A DNA stretch of 59,461 bases, filler included, from Sphacelaria rigidula (taxonomy: Eukaryota), in assembly GCA_964200075.2 (NCBI GenBank). It is 8 parts of 8 records of this genome, joined end to end, with 100 filler letters (N's around TTAATTAATTAA, not from the genome) between each part and the next. Parts side by side here need not be neighbours in the genome. Positions count along the whole stretch, not along the records: positions 1 to 7,346 come from CAXNAA020015327.1; positions 7,447 to 14,791 come from CAXNAA020015328.1; 6 more parts are not named here. One strand, written 5' to 3'. The position numbers and the translations under genes are program-made. Of the stretch, positions 1 through 11,592 are shown piece by piece (the stretch's first letter is position 1; every line of letters begins with the position of its first letter). The notes under the pieces are model-generated. The model saw nothing but the letters and a program-made list of their open reading frames with translations. It ran no database searches and was not told where the DNA came from.

Positions 1-11
1 CCCAGCTTTGT

Positions 12-780
12 AGGGATGCGAGGTCAATGGTCTTATGACTATGGCATGCATGATCATGAGTACACCCCTCCCCAATCATAGCAGTACTCATATGCGGATA
101 CCATGTGCCCATGGTCGCCCGTGAAAGGTAAAAATAACCGAAACGTAGGTGATGGGCGACAGAAGGATACTCGGACGTTGACTTTGACTCGCAAATACGG
201 GACGAACGAGCGTGCCCACTTCTTGTGGCATGTTTCCCTTGCACATACACCAGTATTGGTTTATTACCTAACTATGCAGCTTATTTGAAGCACAGTCAGT
301 ATATATCTGCGCGCGTTATTTTTGTCATCCCGTCGAAAACAACAACAAACAAACCACACGATTTGTGCATATATATATATATTAATATATATTTACCAAA
401 ACGTTTCGTGGGAAATCTACGGAGGAGAAACAGGAAAGGAATAGAGAAGAAGGAAAACACAACGCGGAAAAATTCAGGGAGAAAAGACGCACTTCTTGTT
501 ATTTTTTGTATTACTTTGCCTAAAACATCGAAAGCGCTTGCAGTACTTGCGAATGACACACCCACACATGCATAGACGCGTATGCATGACTACTGCCTGG
601 GTTTGGGTACCGTATACGTAAAGCACCAGAAATAGGCACACTAGGTTCTTCATGCTCTATTCATACTTTTTTTTTTGTTCACGTACGTCCCCCGTCCCAT
701 TGTCACCCCCTCCGTCTCGAAAGGGATGCGTGGTCAATGGTCAAATGACTAAGGCAAGCAACAAATGAGTACGCCCCCCC
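12..780 (+). repeat. Two direct copies of a ~60-bp repeat (12-70 and 722-780)
   Basis: AGGGATGCG(A/T)GGTCAATGGTC...ATGACTA.GGCA.GCA...ATGAGTAC.CCCC in both places. Confidence 0.6.
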
Positions 781-799
781 CGTCCCATTGTCTACTTAC

Positions 800-1056
800 T
801 TATTTATGTTCACGCTCGTAACCGTTCGGTTTGTCTCCAGAGTGCTTCCCAGCAATGCCACCCAGGCGTCATTCAGACCTTGCCCTTGAAGATTCACCGC
901 CGCCACCCGGTGGTCGTTGTCTGCGACAAAAGCTAGCATGCATGGTAGGGGGTCCGTCTGCCGCTGTCCCCGTCCTTTCGTGACACCCGCACTCGACGCC
1001 GATCGCGACAACAGCGGTATGGTCTCGAGTCGAGGATGCTGAGTCTTCTCGGACAC
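800..1056 (-). CDS. Internal exon of a leucine-rich-repeat protein (ribonuclease-inhibitor/NLRC3-like LRR)
   Basis: Open frame ending VAAVNLQGQGLNDAWVALLGSTLETNRTVTSVNIN, typical of RI-type LRRs; bounded by acceptor cag| at 1057 and donor |GTAAGT at 799. Confidence 0.7.
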
Positions 1057-2345
1057 CTGTATGTCATTTTCCAGTGTGTATCATTATCCAGTGTGTGTCA
1101 TACTCCACTATGTGTTTGTGTGTGTAATACTCTCGCATGTGTATGTGTGTTTGAGTGGCTTGGTGATCTTTGCGAAAAATCGAGATTTTTTCGTCGCCAT
1201 ATGAATCAGAACGAGTACTTTACCATGATGAGCGGTTTTACGGTAGGAGTGCATATTTCCCCCCCTGAGGCTCTTCACTTCAGGAGCCCCTCGATGACAA
1301 ATATCTGGGCCTTAGTGTGTAGCCTCAGACAACATTTGTACTGAAACGTGCACCCCTTCCCTGGAAATCATCCTCATCTGCTGGACGCCGCCTGCACTGC
1401 ACTTACCATCTATATATCATACTCAATACTCACAAACGCTGTGCCCGAGTGGTGTCGCGGTAGAGATCCACAGACTGTCTCTCTCTCAGGTCTGAATCGT
1501 TACGCCCCCCGGTGGTCTGAGGGGGTACAACTGACGCCGCTAGGTCGGAAAAAAAGGCGAGTTCGACTTCCTGCCAGATGCGTCTAGTTTGACTGTTTTT
1601 TTGTAAATTCTCATATCTCATTTTTTTTCAGGTTAACAACACGCGGGCGTACGTAACAGAAACAGTGTTTTTGGCCGAGGTTCTTTGGTGACAGTTGACG
1701 CGGTCCGAGAGGACTGCTGCAATCCATTATACCAAACTCAAAGTCGTGTACCGAGATAGAGATCTACTGATGAGCCCGCTTTGGTGAGGATTGCACATCT
1801 GGGCCCAGATCTTTCTCGTTCCGGGGCTCCTCACGTGAGGAGCTAGGTAAGAATATGGGTCAAGATACTCCCGTTTTCAAATCCATTTGGGATATCTCTA
1901 GCTTGATGAAATGCTAATCGTGACCGCTCGCTCTCACATTTTTCATAGGTCGTTTCTTGAATGAGATAGGAGGCTTCTCACAATTCGAATCTCAGAAAAT
2001 ATATGTGCACCCCTACGGTAGTGTCACCCTGATCCCTCGAGACCACGGACTCGTCCCGAGGAAGAGGGGGGGTGAGAAGTGAGGCACAAAACTCTCCATG
2101 CAGATACTGCGCCTACACCAACAAGGTCATCGCATTATCATGGACCTTCCGTCTGGGATATGATATCCACGTGAGATATCTGATCATGAGATATCGCTTT
2201 TGGAAATCATATCCATCTGAAGTATCTCCGATGAATACATATCCAAGACCGATATTCATCTGAGATGCCGTTTTCCCCTGAAATATCCATTTAAGATGCC
2301 CACTTGGGTCCATATATAAATATAATATATATATATATATATATA

Positions 2346-2566
2346 TTGTCGCACTTTGAATCCCCCCCCCTCCTCGGGATGAGTCCGTGGTCTCAAGGGA
2401 TCGACCCATCTCTCCCCTAGTACACGCCTTACATTATTGTTTCGCGGATTGGGTCAGCACTCCCGCACCGCGTCAACTCACGTCACACAAAGTCAGTCGG
2501 GAATCGAACACTCATTCTCTCCACCCTAATGGCGACAGTCGGACCATTACACCATCGGGGCGCGGC
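2346..2566 (-). mobile_element. tRNA-derived SINE family B, internally deleted copy; a 3' fragment lies on + at about 2031-2090
   Basis: Reverse complement matches the head and tail of the 28289-28585 element; flanked by (TA)n. Confidence 0.75.
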
Positions 2567-4332
2567 TTATATATATATGTGTATATATATATACACGTGG
2601 GATATTCGTATGAGATATGGATGCCTATCCGGGTTGTCCAAGGCGAATCATCCGCACCGAGCTGAACTGTGTATGCGAGGTTCACCCGTAAAAGTGGAAG
2701 ATGGACATTTCGAATAAACCTGAGATGCCGCCTGGATATCCTGCCTGGATTTTCTAAATAAATATCCCAGGTGGATATTGTGTCTCAGATGGAGGTGGTA
2801 TGGTAATGCAAGCCTACTTACAAGAAAGCGTAACGATTCCAAAGCCTGGTACATTCGCATGAAACATACTCCATTCAGGCGCCAGACATGACACGAGCAT
2901 AGTCTACATAGCCCACGTACGTCGCACGCATAACGCAAAAGCTACACATACCACGCTTCCATTTGTTTTCGTTTGTTCTCTTACTATTTTGACTTCCTTA
3001 CCGAAAGTCATGTTGCAAGGGGCCTACCGTTTTTACTGTTTTCTTCATTTTCTTGGAAGCGCGACGCACAAGATCTTAATCTGTATCCTTTGATGTTTTC
3101 GGCTTTTCCATTCCATTCAATTGCGTTTTCCCTTCAACCATCTCTTATTTTTCCTCTCCTCTGGTCCCCTCATTGTCTTTGCTCTCTGTTTCCCGTTTCA
3201 TTTTCTCTAGATCTCGAGCTTCACGTTGAGGATGCCTCGGTGTATCCATCCACCATGGGTACGTCTATCTAATAACCACATCTGGATTCGCGGCGGATCA
3301 GTGTGCAACAAAAATGTAGATCAGTCGATCGAGAACGAAGGATTACTCTTATGCGCTATGCCGATGTCGGAAAATTTGACTCGTACCATGAAACGTTCCC
3401 CACGCAAAGCACCACTGCAACACAGACCGAACAACACGATAACACTGTTGACCGCGCGTAACTCGAAAATATTCGCGTGACCGACCGACAGAATGATAGT
3501 ACTCGAGGGCGTGAATACTATTCGAGTCAGGCAGGCGTCATCTTTTTGTGCGGTGAAAATGCTTTTATATTTTGTTTGGTAAGTGCGTACACTGTATACC
3601 CATAGGTACTCGAGATTACATCGGCCCCTGCCCGTCATTCATTGGCTACCATAACTTTTGTCCACTGAACTATTTCTCTTCAAAGAATGTGCCCGCGGAG
3701 GAGAAAGGGGAAGGGGGCTTGTTCAGCCATATTTATTCAGCGGAAATATGCTACCATTCGTGGTATCATTCCGCAGTATCAGAACGCACCCCGTTTTGGC
3801 ACTTTCTGGGGGAATCCATACTCTTACGAGTGGTTGTGTATTTCCGTCTGTGTTAGAAGTGAATATTTTCCTTTTTTTTGCGGGTAAAAAGTCAGGATTG
3901 ACCCTATAGTCGGGTAAGCACACGACAAAACGGGAGAGACCATGAATTTCCGGGAAAAAAAAAAAAGGAGAGCGAAAATTTATGTCGAGATAATCAATGT
4001 AAAAAACGGGGTGAATCCAGTCGCTTCAACGGACTGGTGGCTGCTGCATTGTGATAAATGTACTTGGACACTTCTCGGTGTGGTTGAGGCTGGCGCTGGT
4101 AGCAGCTGAATCAAACGAGAAGACACGCCGCGCTAGGAGTATAGGCAGGAGATGGTGATAAAGGTGCCCTTGCGGGCAAAACAGTCAAGAATAACCCGCC
4201 GTGCAGAACGGTCTGTAGACAAAAGTAACGAATTTTAGGCGACTCCTCACCGCGCTCTACTGTACATCGGATCGAATGTCGGAGAAAATATCGACGATCT
4301 ACATTTTTTTTTCACAAAAAGCATCACATTAC

Positions 4333-4844
4333 GAAGCGTTGACCAAATGAGCTCCAGAGCCTCGTTTCCTGGCGCTGCAAAGGAGAAGACGAGCGCCTAA
4401 TTTCGCGATTGGATCCGTGCTATCTACATCGTCCCCACTGTGTACAGCACCCGTACGTGATAGCTCGAAGAGGCAAGAAACCCAAACCTTGATCTCTTCT
4501 CCGCTAACAAAGCTCCGCACTTGATATACTGTGCTTCGAAAAGACCCCAACGAGTTTTATCCACGATGTGGCGTTCTACGGCGTGGTCATCCCCGCATTT
4601 TGCGAGAAAAAATCGCGGTTGAGCTTCTCGTCTCGATCTATGATGCACATTCCCACCCCTGTTGTAGGCACTTCACCTTGAGACGACGCATGTCCGACTC
4701 GAGTTGATCGTCGATGCCTCGGTCAGATTGGGACGCGTTCCGACCTTGCTCCGCCTCGCGACGGCCCTTTGTTTCCCTCGCCATCATGAGGGTCAGCGTT
4801 TTGCCGCGGTTCATCCGAGAGAACGGTCGTTTTGCCTCCTGCAT
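4333..4844 (-). CDS. Possible upstream exons of the same minus-strand gene (about 4677-4844 and 4333-4520)
   Basis: ATG-initiated open frame MQEAKRPF...DMRRLK with AAG|GTGAAG donor, then a second open stretch ending near a GTAATG donor. No recognisable domain. Confidence 0.3.
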
Positions 4845-5640
4845 ATTTCTTGATGGGCGGGGTACTGTAGTAGTAGTAGTAGTAGTAGTGGGACCGAGAC
4901 TAGGACTAGGACTAGGACTAGTGAGGCTTTTCGGGAAGGTACTACAACGAAAAAAACAAATGTCGAGGATTTGGGATGGCTAGGTTTCTCCCGTCCCTGC
5001 TTCGTTCAGTCAGTGTGTGTTGAGAACACACAGACGTCACCATTCGGTTAGAGTCTGAGACTACAGTGTCAGAATCGCCAGGTAGGCTGCAGGTATTGTC
5101 TATTCGGTTTTACTGAGAATTTTGGCTTACGTAGTAGGTCAAGCGGATGCATATGCTCACGTTTCCCTTTGTAGTCCAGTCCGTCGCCTTGCGTGTAAAA
5201 GTAAATAGAGCACTATGCCGAGGTGAGCTGTATTGAACTGTGCACGTTATACGATCGGTAACTTAAATCCACTCAGCACTGTGCGTTGTATGACATCATC
5301 CTTGCATATCAAGGCATATCTACGATTGCTAGATGGTTTCACATTTTACTCGTAGCAAGATATTTACGACGCCGACACCTCTCAGGAAGTTTCATTCGTG
5401 GGAGATACACTGAGGAGCATTAATATGAAAAAAAGAAGGGTTATACGCGCCATTATCGTAGCAAAATAGCTCATGCCTCGACATCTGCGGCCGATATCTT
5501 GTAACGTACAATGAAAGGTGCGAACGACCCCGCTAGTTTCAATGTCATACACTAGAGTTGAGATTTCATGCATTAATTATGAAGTCTTGTCTTTTTTGTC
5601 AGCCCTTCCCAGCTTTAATATGTTGTCATTATATCTATTC

Positions 5641-5730
5641 CGGACACCAGTCTACACCCTTCGGTATATTCGGGCGCATCAGCCGGGGTCACACAGGAGA
5701 AAGGGCAACACAGGAGTACTTTTCTTTTTC
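5641..5730 (-). mobile_element. 3' fragment of SINE family A
   Basis: Near-identical to 10900-10985 (CCAGTCTAC..CTTCGGTATAT..GGGCG.ATCAGC.GGGGTCA.ACAGGAG). Confidence 0.7.
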
Positions 5731-7346
5731 CCAGCTTTGAAACATTTCGACTTTACTCGTCGTTTACTACCCAGGAGTTCGATATGAAGATATTGGTGCA
5801 CCGATTGGCGCACAAGAGGACGGATGGATGCTACGAGAGCGGTGAGTGTTTGTGTCTCGGGGTTCGCGGTAGGGTGACAAGGCGAGAAATGACAATGCTT
5901 GTATTTGAACACATTGCGGCAGATTACCTCAGGGTGTGTTCGAAGAGGCAACCATAACCGAGGAGCATAGCTCATCGTGTTGCTCGCGATTATTTTACTG
6001 CCTGTGACAAATGGTGCGGCCGAAAACGTCTTTCGGCGTGTGTCCACTGTCCACTGTGCGAAGACCCGGTCGGTTGTTGCGCCTTGTCTTTGAGTTCACC
6101 AGCTGTTTGTATTGTTCATCAAAGAAGGTGAACATGTCGCTTTTGATATCCTCTCTAAACAAGAGCAGTCCGAACCAGAGGTCAACTACAGATGAGATCA
6201 TAGCACCCCAAATCTCCCTCCTCCCTCGTGGGGCGGGATGACAAAACAATTTTTGGGTGTACTGAAGTTGCAGAATCAGCAGGGCTGTGTTTCGAAACCA
6301 AAATATACTGATATGTAACATCGATATGATATGTCGTACTGCTTCGGTGACTGGGACCGATATATCTGCAGCTTGCCGTTACCAACTAGCTATGCGTACA
6401 ATATATAGGTCCTAATTACTTGGACAATATCATCGTACACCGATGTATTGCGCGTAAGTGGTGGGTAGTACAGTACAGCACAGTACGGTACAGTACTGTA
6501 CTACAGTTCGTCGTGAACGATGTCTGACGGTTGATCCTGTGGATCCTCATACCCCGAAACAGCTACTCCAGAAGAATTCGGTTTTTTACTGTTGCGTCGG
6601 ATTCTCTTTGAGAGAAAAACGTTTCGATATTCTTATCAATGTCTTCGGCCTCGAGGATTAGACGTGTGTGCTGCGTGGTTGTGCATCTACACAGCAGTCA
6701 AAATTAGCCTCGCGGTGTTTTTCGCATGTCGATATATCTTTCGTGTAATCGTTTGGTGAGGTACTGTACTGTAATAAGCGAAACGGGACACCTAACCCGA
6801 CTCGTGCGTGAATTCCTTGGTTTGGTCGCATGCCGAATCTTCACCAAAACTTCCATTGGATTCTTCGTGAGCTGTGTCGGTGGGCCGTTCTTCTGATGCG
6901 CTGGTCGAGGTTTTTTCGTGGATGAATTCTATGAGTCTGATTTTTCTCCGTTGCAGAATGTTTTTGGCGTGGACACTTACAGCTATTTGTAGAGGATTAT
7001 AGGCCCGGTTTCAAAGGAAAGTCTAGTCAAACCGCGTGTTTTCCCCGCTCACGGCGGACCTTCCGGCGAGGCTCCCTCACCAGCCAGAGTGAGGGAGGGC
7101 GGGGGCTGGTGTTGCTCTCGTCTTCCGTCTAAAGGCGCAACCACCGATATTGTTAGGAACCTCAGCTCCATTCTAAGGGGGCGCCGTGTTTGAATGCTGG
7201 GAGGTTACCCGCGGTTGAATTTCAACCTACAGAGGCCCCGAAAGTTCGAATTTTGTGGTTTTGGGACGTCGGGGGGGGGGGGGGGGGGGGGCGCCCAGCC
7301 CGGCTCTGGCGTCACCCCCCGCCGCCGCCGCGTTTCGCTCCCGAAC

Positions 7347-7446
7347 NNNNNNNNNNNNNNNNNNNNNNNNNNNNNNNNNNNNNNNNNNNNTTAATTAATT
7401 AANNNNNNNNNNNNNNNNNNNNNNNNNNNNNNNNNNNNNNNNNNNN
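7347..7446. other. Artificial linker N44-TTAATTAATTAA-N44 (also 14792-14891, 22237-22336, 29682-29781, 37127-37226, 44572-44671, 52017-52116)
   Basis: Identical 100-nt linker every 7,445 nt; the 12-mer has stops in all six frames. Confidence 0.99.
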
Positions 7447-8241
7447 GGATGTCTGACACACTTATGAGCCTCTTTTTTCGTGCAACCAAATACCCCCCCC
7501 TCTATCGCAGGATGACTCGACTTCAGATTAATTAACCTGTATGACTTATGTAGGTCTCGCATTAATCCGAAGGTGGGAAACATTTACGGGCGCTCACGTA
7601 GAACTTGTCACACATGACGTACATGTACAAGCCATTCACGCCTTGATTCATAAAGAAGGGTTGGCTGTGTGAATTACAAATGATGCACGAACCGTATGAT
7701 CTATTCGTTGAAATGATGACTCTGACTTGATTCACGAGCTGATTTGTCCTAACCGTGGAACATTGGATTGAGGTATGATTCGTAAGATATTTGATGCATT
7801 CGTGTCGAGGACTCAATGAATTCCTCTGAAGTGTAGATGATAGCGAACATTTGTCCTGGTCATTGCTCAAAATGCTAGTATGACCGACCGTCGTCCGCAG
7901 CATACGGTCGACACACTGAGCCATGGAATTGCTGAAAAGTTAGTGTCGAAAGTACTTTCGCTGGTTGCAAGCTGTATCATTGCTGACCCCACTCAATGCT
8001 TCTCTATCCGCGGCTTTGACCGTACATCTTTAAAGCAAATGCCCCCTCTCCTACAGTCTACCTCTTCAGACGACGGCAACATATCAAACTCTCACAATCA
8101 ATATTACTTTTGTAACCGTAATCTTGTACGTCTGATCATACCTTGTACCAACCTGCTCGAGGAGCTACCTCTCCATTAAAATCCACGAAACCGTCAGCGT
8201 CAAGAACCAGTAGCGACAACACTAGCGGGACACAAGAGTAC

Positions 8242-8409
8242 CTCAGTGCCAGGAAGTTTCCGGGAGCCCAAGCCATCCACCTTACGCCTGTCAAGCCCAC
8301 CGCACATCGATCAAAGGACGACATACAACAATGTGACGATGCGTCCCAGAGCACGACAGCACCAGTGCTGTAGGCCACCAACAGGTAGGCACCTCCATTG
8401 GGGTCATGT
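8242..8409 (-). CDS. WDR17: WDR17-like exon
   Basis: HDPNGGAYLLVAYSTGAVVLWD...VRWMAWAPGNFL resembles recalled WDR17 WDPLSTDYLLV...LAWVPSAPGMF; 168 nt, phase 2-2. Confidence 0.8.
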
Positions 8410-8759
8410 CTGTCGTGGGGTAAACCGAGCGAGGCAAAATCTCTCCTGAGAACGGGATGGTTGAGAAGCCATTTTTCGTTTCACTGCTTTAATTATTGTA
8501 ACACTTCCACGGAAACACGATCGGGTACACTCACTTAATACCTGCCCATGAAGTCTCCTCTCCCGCTGATGATTTACAGGCGTGTTCCCCTTACACAAAG
8601 TGGCATTTGCGGCTGCTGCGGGACTCATCCTTTTATGATCGATTCGGTAATTGACCGCTCGTCACGCATTGATTGACCCGCGACTGACCCGCGATTGACC
8701 CGCTGCGAATTGAATCGTGACCGCTATCAACAAGATATACGCACCCAAGGTACAATCGG

Positions 8760-9660
8760 AAACATTCACTGAAGGAAACTCGAGGAAGGAGTAATAGAAA
8801 GAGAAAAATATAGCAAACAAAGTAAACTACAAGTTGGGAATTCCAGGAAAGAGAGGCAGGGAACAGAGCAGAAAAGAAAAGAGACAAGCAAGAAAAATCT
8901 GCTAAGATCTAGTATGGGTGCCGAAAACTCGAAAAGCGGCAGGCCTCTGTCGCACGGCTTCAGGAAAGGAAGCTGCATAAGAAGAAATCAAGAAAGGCCG
9001 GAGAAGTAAGTTGCAACTCAGATATCCAGGGACTACACTGTTTGGGCAGGAGCTGTCGCCCTCAAACGCCGCGGGAGGGGGGCACAAACGCTGATACCAC
9101 AACATAAAGAAAGGAGAGGATGACGAAAAAACAAGGAGAAGGGCAGCAGAAGAAGATGGAGAGGAGATAAGACGGAGAAAATAGGAAAACAAAGAGCGAG
9201 AGAGGAGAGAGAGAGACAAGTCAGAAAATTAGGAAAGGAGTAGAGAACGACAAGTCACCCAGGGACGAACAACAGCGACATATAAGGCAAGGAAGGAAAG
9301 AAAGGGACCCAGAGAGACAAAAATGGAACTTGTACAGCACCACAGCTTGGGCATATCACTGAAGTTTCAAGCCAAGGGAAGAAGTCAACAACCGATGAGT
9401 GCAACCCTCGCCCCCCCCGCTCATCCCTACTCAAGGCAAGGCGGGCCACTTTCTCGACCATTTCAGTCTTGGATCCCTCGCCGGCCGGCTGCTGCCGGCC
9501 TTTCCCGTTAGTGGCTCTGAATGCAGCAGCCTCTTTCTTGTGACGCAGGTCGGATTGTGGCGGGTCTTCGTATCGTCACGCCTCCTCGAACTCCTCTGCC
9601 CCTTCCTCGACCCCGTGGTGCCATTTGCCCATGTTCCTCGTGGCAGTGACCCAATCGTGT
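8760..9660 (-). mobile_element. 5'-truncated LINE (RTE-like ORF2 C-terminus plus long pyrimidine-rich 3' region) in a WDR17 intron
   Basis: Minus strand from about 9657 reads DWVTATRNMGKWHHGVEEGAEEFEEA*, like RTE-type ORF2 C-termini. The 3' boundary is approximate. Confidence 0.55.
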
Positions 9661-9801
9661 GAGTATATGATATCCGAAAAGTAAGGTTATGTTGCGATAC
9701 CATTTCTTACCCTGCACCAAATAGTATATCCTAACGATGGCACTACTGTTGAATATCCGATATCAGACGTAGCCAAGAGGAAGAGCGAATCATTGGCTTG
9801 C

Positions 9802-10014
9802 CTGAGATCCACGACAGAACCGCAACCCTCCTTGGGGAGCACCAGCTTTGTCTTGCCATTGTAAGTGGCTCTTCTCGTGGTTGTGCCGGAGGATGGGTCG
9901 GGAAGCGGTTCAGAAAGCGAAACGCGTCCATCAGACCACCCCAACGCTAGCGTGCCAGGCTTGCAAAGACTCCACGTTGCACACCTTGCTGCTAACTTTG
10001 GATCGCTGCCAGAC
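9802..10014 (-). CDS. WDR17: WDR17-like exon with probable GC donor
   Basis: ARCATWSLCKPGTLALGWSDGRVSL...KLVLPKEGCGSVVDLR; 213 nt, phase 2-2, tacag| acceptor, AG|GCAAGC donor. Confidence 0.75.
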
Positions 10015-10429
10015 CTGTACACAAACGATCACAGGCAGGTTATTCCCGAACTTCAATGATGAGTCAAGAGCTTTCGGTGCGTAACGAAGCTTACGAACGA
10101 AGGCGGTCGCTCATGTCGGATGTACGATAACATCTGCCAGGCAATCTGCTAGCACTACGTTTCGCGCTATACAGAAATTGCGACTCCTTTAGAATTGCCG
10201 ACGTTCTACTTGCCTCCAGTTTGTCCATCTGCGGTAAAGACTTGATCTTGTATTCCACGTATGTCTCAGGGGTCAGGGGGCAAAGTCGATTGGGAGGGAG
10301 CACTACTACAGAAGTAACTATTATAGAAGACAAACTAGGTCAACCGAGCATCAAGTGGTCGAAATTTGTCATGGGCGCCCACAGAGTCTCCCCTTCCCCT
10401 GCCCCCCAAACGCCCTTCCCGCTCCGTAC

Positions 10430-10633
10430 CTTCTTGAATACCCCGTGGTATGGTTTCCGGGCACCTGCCCCACCCCAGTTTTCAGCAAATACGTCACGTT
10501 CGACTCCGTGACCACCGCTAAGTCGTATCCGTAGAACGGGCTCCATGCTGTGCATGCAGGTGGTTTGCCTACGTCGAACTCTGCTACCTTTTCTTCGGAT
10601 CGAACGTCCCATTCTGACCCGCGGCCGTTGGTG
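10430..10633 (-). CDS. WDR17: WDR17-like exon
   Basis: STNGRGSEWDVRSEEKVAEFDVGKPPACTAWSPFYGYDLAVV; 204 nt, phase 2-2, AAG|GTACGG donor; joins both neighbours in frame. Confidence 0.75.
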
Positions 10634-10894
10634 CTGGTAGTTTGAAGGCGAGAAATGCAGTCCACCGGGAAGGGTATGAATACCTGAAACGATTACATGA
10701 AGTCTTCTCGGAGTCGCACGACGCACCTCTACCAGTGAACATGTTGCAGCTCTACCAAACGCCTTGCCGCTCCTGCTTGGAGCTCGTACATCCCTTAGCG
10801 TCGGCAAAGTCGTCCTTAACCTCCATGCATTCTGCGGCTGGCAGCCTAACGGTTCATATTTCTGATTGTGTGCTGCGCGTGTTGTCATTCCATC

Positions 10895-11217
10895 TATTCT
10901 AGACGCCAGTCTACTCCTTTCGGTATATGTGGGCGAATCAGCTGGGGTCATACAGGAGGAAGGTCAACACAGGAGTTTTCTGTTTTTGTTTATTCTAGTT
11001 CTCCTCCTTTCCTCTGCGGTGCTTGCCTTAGTTCTTATCGTGGGACGGGATCAGTGGTCCCTTTCTGTTTAGTGTGTACCCACGACATAGTCACTCTCCA
11101 CTGCTGGGCACGATGTGAGAAAGTATCGCAGATCGTGTGACTTCACCGAGATTCGAACCCACATCCCAACCGTCAGGAGGTTTGGAGATGACCAACTGAG
11201 CCACCGGGGTGACCGCC
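10895..11217 (-). mobile_element. tRNA-derived SINE family A, near full length, intronic
   Basis: Head has Pol III A box TGGCTCAGTTGG and B box GGTTCGAATC; head recurs at 44493 and tail at 5641. Confidence 0.8.
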
Positions 11218-11428
11218 TCATTACACCTGACTACTGTACAATAAAATAACATTGAATAAATGTTGGTAAAATACTCCCCGGCTTTCACTGCGTGCAATAT
11301 AGCTCCGAAGACCTTTTCTGCAGGCGATGCGCACAGTTAGGAGAACGGTTTGTACACGGTACAAGAGATCAGATCACGAAAGTATCGTGGTCGTGACGGC
11401 AAGATGAACCGCCGTAAGTTTCCCTTAC

Positions 11429-11592
11429 CTGAACACAATCAGTCTGTGCGGGTCCTGTGGATGCCACAGCAAAGAGTGGATATTGCACTCGTTACCGCCC
11501 AGGATGCAGATGAGTGAAAAGCTCTGCGTGTCGTACACGTAGGTCGTAAGGGTGGATGCGTATGCCATGTACATGCCGCCCCCGGCTACGAC
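11429..11592 (-). CDS. WDR17: WDR17-like WD40 protein, N-terminal exon
   Basis: VVAGGGMYMAYASTLTTYVYD...ILGGNECNIHSLLWHPQDPHRLIVF resembles the recalled WDR17 N-terminus (FAYCATLAIYIY...ITAISWCPHNPDL); cag| acceptor, AG|GTAAGG donor. Confidence 0.8.

Noticed and set aside
1240-2021. Possible TIR pair (ACGGTAGGAGTGCA / TGCACCCCTACGGT)
   Set aside because: Short, imperfect, no target duplication.
4898-4921. (GGACTA)n as telomeric repeat
   Set aside because: About four copies, not TTAGGG, internal position.
11140-11217. tRNA genes (also 28289 and 44493)
   Set aside because: A and B boxes are present but no clean cloverleaf; they continue into dispersed repeat bodies, so SINE heads.
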